From: an uncultured delta proteobacterium
GTDB taxonomy: Bacteria; Desulfobacterota; Binatia; DP-6
Assembly: GCA_963815115.1 (NCBI GenBank)
Contig: CAWFFN010000007.1
Location: 1 to 64,000, forward strand
DNA length: 64,000 nucleotides
Direction of reading: 5' to 3'
Shown here: piece by piece, positions 20,364 through 27,523 of the stretch
How the letters are laid out: every line of letters begins with the position of its first letter
How positions within the stretch are numbered: the first letter of the stretch is position 1
Position numbers and translations under genes: made by a program
Notes under the pieces: generated by a model
The model's database searches: none
Told to the model about the DNA's origin: nothing
Seen by the model: the letters and a program-made list of their open reading frames with translations, nothing else

Positions 20364-22499
20364 TCAGTGCGCGCGCGGGGCGTCGAGTCCCGGGAGGAGC
20401 GCTTGCCAGAACGCGTTCTTCACCAAGCCGATCACGATCTGCCACGTCGGCGCCCCCGGGCTCTCGATCGGCCCGGAGAGGTCCGCGCGTGTCGCGACCT
20501 GGTCCCGTGATCGATTCTCGAGGACGGTGCCGGCGACTCCCACGACCGCCTCGTAGGCCTGCTGGCCGATTGGCTTCTTCGCATCCTGTGACCGATCGTA
20601 GACGTCGAGGTCCTTGAAGAAGGGCTTCACGTAGCCTTCCACGCGACCGTCGTGGACCGCGAGCTCGCTGTAGAACGAGAAGGTGCCCGCCGCGACGTCG
20701 AACCCGCCCTTCGCGCGAAGCAGGTCGTTCAGCTCGACCAGGCGGACGTCTTCGAGGCGAACGTCCATGTCGAAGTCCGCTTGCTGCTGGGTTCCGCTCG
20801 CGAAGGTGGCGTCGATCGAGGCGTTGCCGGTCTCCATGAAGCGGCCGCGGATGCTGGCGGATCCGCGACGCCTGGACTCCTGGTTGCTGTAGCCGCGCAC
20901 CGTCACGTCGGAATGCGTGAGCGCGAGCTTGTACGCCGGGTTGTCGCCCTCGTTGACGAGCGCGAACGTGCCGTCACGGACGCGGGCGTCCTCGACGTCG
21001 AGCCGGTAGGTGGGTTTGGGCTGGGCGACGGTCGTGGCCCGGGTGACCTTCTGGAGCCGCCGCTCGTCCTCGGCGGTGCGCTTCACGTAGCTCACCGACG
21101 GCCTCGTCACCGCCACTCGGTGCAGCACCAGCGTCTCCTGGTCGGGTCCGATGTCGAGATGCCCGTTGCCTGCCAGCGTGCCGCCGGAGAGGTCGAACGC
21201 CCAGTGGCGGACCAGCGAGGCAAACGGCTTCAGGCCGACGTCCCGGAGGTCGAAGTCGGCTGCGAGCGTCGGGCGCGGCTCGGCGAGCGGGTCGATCGTG
21301 CCGACCACATGGAGGCGTCCGTTCTCGAGAACCCGAGCCTGCGCCTCGAAGCGGGTCGGCGAGGAGCGCGGCCGCCGGTCGCTGCTGATGTCGGTCGCGT
21401 GCAGGTCGAGGTCTTCGAGGCGGAGCGGGGGCAGATCCTTCGCCTCCACGTACACCGTGCCGCCATCCTCGCTGCGCAGGGCATCGACCTTCAGGCCGAG
21501 CGTTCCGCCGCGGATGCGAACGTCCTGCATCTCCACGTGAACGCCCGGCGTGGTGGTCGCCGCCTTGCTCGCCGTGACCACGGCGCGCTCGACGGGCCGT
21601 TCGGCCGGGCGCGGATCACGCGCGTACTCGATGGCGGGGTTCACCACCTCGACACGCGCGAGGTCGATCGTCGTCTCCTTGGGCTGCAGCACCGCTTTCC
21701 CTTCCACGCTCACGGCTCCCTTGGAGATGGTCAGATCGTAGCCCCGGGCCATGGGGGCGAGAGGCACCAGATTGGCATCGCTGAGGTCGAACCGGGTCGC
21801 GATCGCGGGGCTGGGCTTGGCGAAGAAGTCGGCGTTGCCGCTCGCCGTGAGGGTGCCGCCGAGCACGGAGGAGCTGAGCTCGATGGGCGACGGATACTGG
21901 CCCGCCGTCGAGCGAACGTTCCGGATGTTGCTCGCGCGCAGGTAGACGTGTTCCAGCTTGAGCGGGGGCACGTTGCCGACGTCGTAGTAGGACACGTCCC
22001 CGTCGATGACGCGCAGGGTATCGATCTTGAGGGGGTAGACCGCCTGCACGGCGTCCTGCCAGCCGCGGTCGGTGAGATGCACCGGATCCTGTGCCTCCTG
22101 GGCGGCCTGGTCGAGCATGATGAAGGCGCGCGGGTGGTCGAACTTGGTGTCCGCGACGAGGGCGAATGACAGCAGCGCTCGCCATTCGACGCTGGTGCGC
22201 CAGCTGGGAAGATGGAGGACCGGTGGAGACGGGCGCTGGTTCTGCACCACCGTGACGTCCTTGAGCTCGACGGCGAGCCCCAGGACGTGCAGGTCGAGCG
22301 CCCCCACCGAGACCGTGTATCCCGTCAGGGCGGCGTTCACGCGGCCCTCGAGGTAGCGCCGCAGCGGCTCGTCGATCCTCGCGACCACCACGCTCGCGAT
22401 CACGCCCAGAGCCACGACCAGTACCACGATCCCCACGAGCCAGGGGTGCCTGAACCGGCTACCGGACCGAGGCGGGTCGCGCTCGTGGTGCAGCAGCAT
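20364..22499 (-). CDS. DUF748/AsmA-like membrane-anchored protein
   Basis: N-terminal TM segment, beta-rich repeats, C-terminal GYVKPFFKDLDV and NRSRDQVATRADLSG...NAF. Confidence 0.82.
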   Translation of the reverse strand: MLLHHERDPPRSGSRFRHPWLVGIVVLVVALGVIASVVVARIDEPLRRYLEGRVNAALTGYTVSVGALDLHVLGLAVELKDVTVVQNQRPSPPVLHLPSWRTSVEWRALLSFALVADTKFDHPRAFIMLDQAAQEAQDPVHLTDRGWQDAVQAVYPLKIDTLRVIDGDVSYYDVGNVPPLKLEHVYLRASNIRNVRSTAGQYPSPIELSSSVLGGTLTASGNADFFAKPSPAIATRFDLSDANLVPLAPMARGYDLTISKGAVSVEGKAVLQPKETTIDLARVEVVNPAIEYARDPRPAERPVERAVVTASKAATTTPGVHVEMQDVRIRGGTLGLKVDALRSEDGGTVYVEAKDLPPLRLEDLDLHATDISSDRRPRSSPTRFEAQARVLENGRLHVVGTIDPLAEPRPTLAADFDLRDVGLKPFASLVRHWAFDLSGGTLAGNGHLDIGPDQETLVLHRVAVTRPSVSYVKRTAEDERRLQKVTRATTVAQPKPTYRLDVEDARVRDGTFALVNEGDNPAYKLALTHSDVTVRGYSNQESRRRGSASIRGRFMETGNASIDATFASGTQQQADFDMDVRLEDVRLVELNDLLRAKGGFDVAAGTFSFYSELAVHDGRVEGYVKPFFKDLDVYDRSQDAKKPIGQQAYEAVVGVAGTVLENRSRDQVATRADLSGPIESPGAPTWQIVIGLVKNAFWQALLPGLDAPRAH

Positions 22500-22508
22500 G
22501 CGGATAGA

Positions 22509-22525
22509 AGCCATCCGCGTGCCAC
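22509..22525 (-). promoter_or_regulatory. sigma54 promoter; predicted +1 coincides with ATG 22499
   Basis: GTGGCACGCGGATGGCT. Confidence 0.6.
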
Positions 22526-22610
22526 GCGCTTCTCGTGGCAGGAACCTTGACCGGGCCGGGGCAATTCTACAAACCGGCGCCGGATCCAACGTGCCAACCG
22601 CGCACAATCG

Positions 22611-22627
22611 CTGGCACGGCGCTCGCT
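22611..22627 (+). promoter_or_regulatory. sigma54 promoter for ku; predicted +1 coincides with the ATG
   Basis: CTGGCACGGCGCTCGCT. Confidence 0.7.
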
Positions 22628-22636
22628 TGAGCCGGC

Positions 22637-23464
22637 ATGCCACGCGCCATCTGGAGCGGACACCTGACCTTCGGCCTCGTCTCGATCCCCGTCGGATTGT
22701 ACGCCGCCGTCGAAGCCTCCGAGGAGGTCCACTTCCGGCTGCTGCACCGCAAGGACCTGGCGCCCATCCGCTACAAGAAGTTCTGCAGCAAGGAGGACGT
22801 CGAGGTCTCCGGGGGCGAGATCGTGCGGGGCTTCGAGGTCTCCAAGGGCAAGTACTCGGTCGTGGAGGGCGAGGAGCTCGAGAAGGTGAAGGAGGAGGTG
22901 GGCGAGGGCGACCGGAGTATCGAGCTGCTCGAGTTCGTCGAGTTCGCTTCGCTGAACCCCCTGCTCTTCGAGCGCCCCTACTACCTGGCGCCCCAGAAGG
23001 GCGGCGAGAAGCCGTATGCGGTGCTGCGGGAGGCGCTCCTCGAGACCAGGCGCGTCGGCATCGCCCGCTTCTACCTCCGCACGCGTCCGCTGCTGGCCGC
23101 CCTGCTGCCCGGCCCCGACCTGCTCGCGCTCGACGTGATGCGCGAGTCCGGGGAGCTGCGCAGCCCGAAGGGACTGGATGTTCCGAAGAAAGCCGTTCGA
23201 GCCCCGGAGATCAAGATGGCGCGGATGCTGATCGAGCAGATGGCGGGAGAGTTCGATCCCACCGAGCATCCGAACGTCTATCGCAGGGCGCTCGAGAAGC
23301 TGCTCGCCTCCAAGCGGCGCTTCGTGCTCGAGACGGAGGTGGAGGAGGAAGCCGGGGCGAAGAAGGGCGCGAAGGTGGTCGATCTCATGGACGCGCTCAA
23401 GCGGAGCCTCGGCGACGCCGGCAAGACGCGCGCGCGGGGAGGGCGGAAGCGCCGGGCAGCCTGA
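22637..23464 (+). CDS. ku: Non-homologous end-joining protein Ku
   Basis: RAIWSGHLTFGLVSIPV, PYYLAP, KVVDLMDALKRSL, basic tail. Confidence 0.96.
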   Translation: MPRAIWSGHLTFGLVSIPVGLYAAVEASEEVHFRLLHRKDLAPIRYKKFCSKEDVEVSGGEIVRGFEVSKGKYSVVEGEELEKVKEEVGEGDRSIELLEFVEFASLNPLLFERPYYLAPQKGGEKPYAVLREALLETRRVGIARFYLRTRPLLAALLPGPDLLALDVMRESGELRSPKGLDVPKKAVRAPEIKMARMLIEQMAGEFDPTEHPNVYRRALEKLLASKRRFVLETEVEEEAGAKKGAKVVDLMDALKRSLGDAGKTRARGGRKRRAA

Positions 23465-23471
23465 GCGCGGC

Positions 23472-24044
23472 TCAGCTTGCCGGCTTTGCCACCCCCACCA
23501 CGCCGCAGCCGACGCGCGGGCCCGCGTTGCCCGCGGGCTGCGAGGTGAGATCGTCCGGCTGCGCATGCACGATGACGGCGCGTCCGATGATGGCTCGCTC
23601 GCCGGTATCGATCGCCAGCCCCTTCACCGTGACGTCGACCTTGGCGTGCCCCGACGCATCGGCCTCGACGTTCCCCAGATCGCCGGCGTGGTGGGTCGCC
23701 GGATCGGGTGCGCCGTGGGGATGGGCTTCCGGCGCGAAGTGCCCGCCGGCGCTGGCCCCGTCCGGCGCGGAGCAGTCGCCGAACTCGTGCACGTGGAACC
23801 CGTGCTTGGCGCTCGGCGTGAGGCCGGTCAGCTCACCCGTCACGTGCACCGCGTCGCCTTCACGATGAAACCGCACCGTCCCGGACACCTTCTGCCCCTG
23901 GGTGGGGGCCACGACGGCGATGGCATCCGTCACCCCGGCCCCGACGGGCGAGGTGGGCGGCGCATCGGCGGCGACGGCAATACCGAAGGCAGCCAGCGAG
24001 ATAGCGGGGAGAAGGCTGAGACGACGGCGCAGTTTTGTTTTCAT
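23472..24044 (-). CDS. sodC: Periplasmic Cu/Zn superoxide dismutase
   Basis: Signal peptide; HGFHVHEFGDC, SAGGHF, HAGDLGN, VHAQPDD, GNAGPRVGCG. Confidence 0.95.
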   Translation of the reverse strand: MKTKLRRRLSLLPAISLAAFGIAVAADAPPTSPVGAGVTDAIAVVAPTQGQKVSGTVRFHREGDAVHVTGELTGLTPSAKHGFHVHEFGDCSAPDGASAGGHFAPEAHPHGAPDPATHHAGDLGNVEADASGHAKVDVTVKGLAIDTGERAIIGRAVIVHAQPDDLTSQPAGNAGPRVGCGVVGVAKPAS

Positions 24045-24112
24045 GACCGGGATCGTACCCCTCCGGTCGCGCCATGCCAGCCTCGATCTCGGCGGGGGGC
24101 TCGCCGGGTGAC

Positions 24113-24610
24113 CTAGCCGGCGGTGACGATCTCCCGGCCGCCGCTCCGGGATTCGCTGATGACGGCCACCGTGTCGCCGACGGCTCCGGCCGTCACGGAC
24201 GGCCGCTCGACCCGTGACGCCTCCCGGTGCGACTCCCGTGCGACGTCGGCGAGCGACAGCAGCCCCACGAGCTCGCCGTCGCCCTCCACGACGGGAAGGC
24301 GGCGAAGCCGGCGCGTGCGAAGAATGGTGAGCGCCACGTCGATCGGATCGGTCGCGACACAGGTCGCCAGGTCGCGCTCCATGATGCTGTGCACCTGGAT
24401 GCCGGTCAGCGGCTGCCCCTGGGTGTAGGCGGCCATGCAGATGTCCCGATCGGTGAGGATGCCGACCAGCTTGGGCCGGTCGGCGCTTGCTTCCTCCACG
24501 ACCGGGACGCAGCCGCAGTCCTCTTCCCACATGATCCGCGCGGCCACGTTCAGCGAGTCGTCCCGACGACAGGTCCTGACCTGCCGCCTCATGAGCTGTC
24601 CGACGTTCAT
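24113..24610 (-). CDS. CBS-domain pair protein
   Basis: AARIMWEEDCGCVPVV, VGILTDRDI, RRLPVV...VGLLSLAD. Confidence 0.92.
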   Translation of the reverse strand: MNVGQLMRRQVRTCRRDDSLNVAARIMWEEDCGCVPVVEEASADRPKLVGILTDRDICMAAYTQGQPLTGIQVHSIMERDLATCVATDPIDVALTILRTRRLRRLPVVEGDGELVGLLSLADVARESHREASRVERPSVTAGAVGDTVAVISESRSGGREIVTAG

Positions 24611-24626
24611 GCGAATGCTCTCCTCT

Positions 24627-25103
24627 CTAGGGGGCCGGCGGTGCCGACGAGGGTGCGACTCCTCGCTCGGGAAGCGAGCGCAGGTAGGCCACCACCGCCT
24701 CCGCGTCGGCGCGGCTCAGGTGGAATGGCGGCATGGGCCACTTCGGTTGATGGCGGCCGAGCCGGGCGCCGTTCATGAAGAACTCCACGGCCTCGGCGTC
24801 CGTGAACCCCGGTAGCCCGGCGATTCGGGGCGTGTTGATGCACCAGGCCCCCTCCGGAATGAACGGCGGCGCTGGCAGGGGGAACGGCGCTCCCATGAAT
24901 GCCTCTTCCTCGATCAGCGCTCCGCTGGCATCGCGCGGCGTGTGACACTGTACGCACATCGCGACCTCGTGCGTGATGTAGCGCCCACGCGCGAGCCGGT
25001 CCTCGTCGGACGCCCGAGGAACCGCGGGAAGGCCGAGCGCTCCGAGCAGCAGGAAGCCCGCCGCCAGGCGGGCGCGCGCGCGGAAGAGGGAGCGCATCTC
25101 CAC
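24627..25103 (-). CDS. Periplasmic monoheme cytochrome c
   Basis: Signal peptide, RGRYI...CVQCHTPR, distal PMPPF. Confidence 0.9.
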   Translation of the reverse strand: MEMRSLFRARARLAAGFLLLGALGLPAVPRASDEDRLARGRYITHEVAMCVQCHTPRDASGALIEEEAFMGAPFPLPAPPFIPEGAWCINTPRIAGLPGFTDAEAVEFFMNGARLGRHQPKWPMPPFHLSRADAEAVVAYLRSLPERGVAPSSAPPAP

Positions 25104-25132
25104 AGCCGAGCGAGGTCTTCCTGTTCGTCAGG

Positions 25133-25630
25133 TCATGTGCGCCGTGCGGCGCGCGTGCGCGCGGCCTTCTTGGCCGCCTGGGAGCGCTTGCGGGGCCCCT
25201 TGGTGCGCACCGCGTTGCGTGCCGCTGCCGAGCGGGCCGCCGCGCCGCGCTTGCGAGCCGAAGCGCTGGCCTGCTGCGAGAGAGCCTTCTGGGAGACGGC
25301 GGCCCGTCCCGCGCGCTCGAGAGCCCGCGAGACCGCTCGTGAGCGCTTGCGGGAGGGCCGGGGGCGGGCGCGCTGCTGCCCTTTCGCCACGTCACGGGCC
25401 GCCTTGCGCCGCGTCTCGCTGGACGATCCCGGGCCCGCCGGCAGCTTCACTCCCGCTCGGCGCGCCTTGGACAGCCCGATCGCGATCGCCTGCTTCGCCG
25501 ACTTCGCGCCATGCTTCCCTTCCCGGACGTGCTTGATCTCTTCGCGCACGAACTCGCCGGCCTGCGTGCTCGGCGACTTGCCCTCCTCGGCATCCTTCCG
25601 CGCGCGCTCGATGACCTCCTTCTCGGGCAT
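25133..25630 (-). CDS. Basic DUF6496-type putative DNA-binding protein
   Basis: GKSPSTQAGEFVREE...SAKQAIAIGLSKARRAG plus a long R/K/A/S-rich tail. Confidence 0.85.
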   Translation of the reverse strand: MPEKEVIERARKDAEEGKSPSTQAGEFVREEIKHVREGKHGAKSAKQAIAIGLSKARRAGVKLPAGPGSSSETRRKAARDVAKGQQRARPRPSRKRSRAVSRALERAGRAAVSQKALSQQASASARKRGAAARSAAARNAVRTKGPRKRSQAAKKAARTRAARRT

Positions 25631-25673
25631 GAGAGCCTCCTTGGCTGGCGTCGCTCGGGTCTATCGTGGCCGG

Positions 25674-25690
25674 TGCATCACCCGTGCCAC
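25674..25690 (-). promoter_or_regulatory. sigma54 promoter for the basic protein-cytochrome c-CBS-sodC operon
   Basis: GTGGCACGGGTGATGCA. Confidence 0.7.
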
Positions 25691-25936
25691 CGACGGTGCA
25701 TCATCTTCAAGGGTGCGACCCCGTACTTTGTTCAATCGAGGTGACGGAACTGCAGGGCCTGCAGGAGAGGCTGGACGATCGCAGGGGGCGGAGCTCCGGG
25801 TCGAGCGGGATTGCTCGTAGCGGTTTCACGACGAATCTTCCCCTTCCCCGGGAAGATTTTGCACGCGCCGTGCCGCGGCTTGGCGACGCAGCGGCGAATC
25901 TCCAGCGCCGGCGAAGGAACATCACGCCCGCGCCGA

Positions 25937-25953
25937 ACGGTACGTCTCTTGCT
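25937..25953 (+). promoter_or_regulatory. sigma54 promoter
   Basis: ACGGTACGTCTCTTGCT. Confidence 0.6.
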
Positions 25954-25977
25954 CGGAAGGCCGGCGCGGGAGGGGAC

Positions 25978-26046
25978 ATGTACTACGGACTTGGCGGAGC
26001 GATTCTCCTGATCGTCATCATTCTGCTGCTGACCGGACGGCTGTAG
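25978..26046 (+). CDS. 22-aa membrane peptide (DUF3309-like)
   Basis: MYYGLGGAILLIVIILLLTGRL; RBS GGAGG. Confidence 0.7.
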   Translation: MYYGLGGAILLIVIILLLTGRL

Positions 26047-26050
26047 GCCC

Positions 26051-26197
26051 ATGGACATCGACACCTGTGCACATCCCGCCTGCTCGTGCGCCGTCACCGA
26101 CGGAGCTCAGTTCTGCAGCGCGCATTGCGAAGCGGCGTCGAAGGACGTCGCCAAGCACGATACCTGCGATTGCGGTCACTCGGACTGTACCGATTGA
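26051..26197 (+). CDS. Bacterial metallothionein (BmtA/SmtA-like; not in ORF track)
   Basis: MDIDTCAHPACSCAVTDGAQFCSAHCEAASKDVAKHDTCDCGHSDCTD: 8 Cys and 4 His in CAHxxCxC, FCSxxC and CxCGHxxC. Confidence 0.85.
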   Translation: MDIDTCAHPACSCAVTDGAQFCSAHCEAASKDVAKHDTCDCGHSDCTD

Positions 26198-26335
26198 CCG
26201 ACAAGGTCCCGCCGCCGGCCGACCGGCTGGCACCTCCGGCGGCTTCGGCCCATGGTCGGAGCCGCCGGGCCTACCTCCCAGAAGCCTGACCCCGAGGCCT
26301 GACGACGAGATGAGGCGCCGGGGCTGAACCGCTCG

Positions 26336-26719
26336 TCACGCCGCCAGGCGACAGGTGCGCTGGATGGTGCCGAGCAGGGCGTCGAAGTCGAGCGGCTTGG
26401 CGAGGAAGCCGGCGAGCTTGAGCATCTTCGCCTGCTGCTCGATGCCGTCATGCCCGGAAAGGGCGACGACCGGAATATCGGCGATCTTCCGGTCGAGCAG
26501 CTGGAGCGCCCGGAACTGCCAGCCGGAGGTACCTGGCATGTTGAGATCGAGCAGCACCAGGCATGGCCTCAGTCCTGCGCGCAGATGCCCCAGGGCTGCC
26601 TCGCCCTCGGTAGCCTCGAGGACCTCGTAGCCGTCCAGGCGCAGCAGCTCCGCGACTCCCGTGCGGGCGTCCTCGTCATCGTCCACCAGGAGGATCGTAT
26701 GGTGGTGGGAGGCAGCCAT
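26336..26719 (-). CDS. Single-domain response regulator (receiver)
   Basis: ILLVDDD, VLLDLNMP, VVALSG, FLAKP. Confidence 0.93.
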   Translation of the reverse strand: MAASHHHTILLVDDDEDARTGVAELLRLDGYEVLEATEGEAALGHLRAGLRPCLVLLDLNMPGTSGWQFRALQLLDRKIADIPVVALSGHDGIEQQAKMLKLAGFLAKPLDFDALLGTIQRTCRLAA

Positions 26720-26733
26720 CGATGGTCCCACGA

Positions 26734-26750
26734 AGCGAAGCTCGTGCCAC
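26734..26750 (-). promoter_or_regulatory. sigma54 promoter with palindrome ATTTGTACAAAT upstream (26789-26800)
   Basis: GTGGCACGAGCTTCGCT. Confidence 0.7.
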
Positions 26751-26828
26751 CGTGGTGGGAACGGGGTCGGCCGCTGCGCCGGCCCGGCATTTGTACAAAT
26801 GGCCGCCACCCCCCGCGGCAGGAATCGA

Positions 26829-27314
26829 CTAGAAGTCGACCGAGAAGTTGAGTCCGAACAGGGTGCTCGTATCGCGCAGGGCGCGGACGCCTTCGGTCGC
26901 GTACAGCACGGACAGCGACCGACCCCGTGAGAAGCGGCGTGGCAGCAGGTTGAACGAGGCGTAGGTCGTGCGGTCGAGCGGAGCCGCGAAGGGGGCCGGG
27001 TCACGTTCGGTGCTGTTCACCACGTAGAGATCGGGCACTCTCAGGGCGGAGGGAAGAACGCCGAGCGCTGCCCGCGCGCGATCGCGGAACCCGGCCGGCC
27101 CGTCGCCATCGAGCGTCGCCTCCATGAAAGAATGCCCGAGTGCCAGGGTCGTGATCAGCGGGAGGGCGAGCTGAATGGGTGGTGCGCCCTCCGCCGCCGC
27201 GTTTCCACGCAGCGCGACGAGAACGAGTGCCGCGGCCACGGCGCGCGCGAGTCCACGGGCCGGTCGGCGGCGGCGCGCTCTCGCCGATGCTGGCGGAGCG
27301 CTGTCCGTGGACAT
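26829..27314 (-). CDS. Exported hypothetical protein
   Basis: Signal-like N-terminus; C-terminus FGLNFSVDF resembles an outer-membrane beta-signal. Confidence 0.55.
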   Translation of the reverse strand: MSTDSAPPASARARRRRPARGLARAVAAALVLVALRGNAAAEGAPPIQLALPLITTLALGHSFMEATLDGDGPAGFRDRARAALGVLPSALRVPDLYVVNSTERDPAPFAAPLDRTTYASFNLLPRRFSRGRSLSVLYATEGVRALRDTSTLFGLNFSVDF

Positions 27315-27523
27315 GCAGCAAGCCTAGGCCAGTTGCGGATTTCGTCAAGTGTTTTTTCCCGGTCGGCAGCGCCGGAATGCCGGCAAGCGAGTGCACGGCG
27401 GCCTTCGCGCGTCCTGCCGCACCGCGTTTCAGGTCTGTACTGCGTCGGCGAAGCCGGCTACCTGTCACGCAACGGTGCCGGAGAGCACATTCCGGACCCA
27501 GAGGTTCGCTGCTCGAGACGCCC

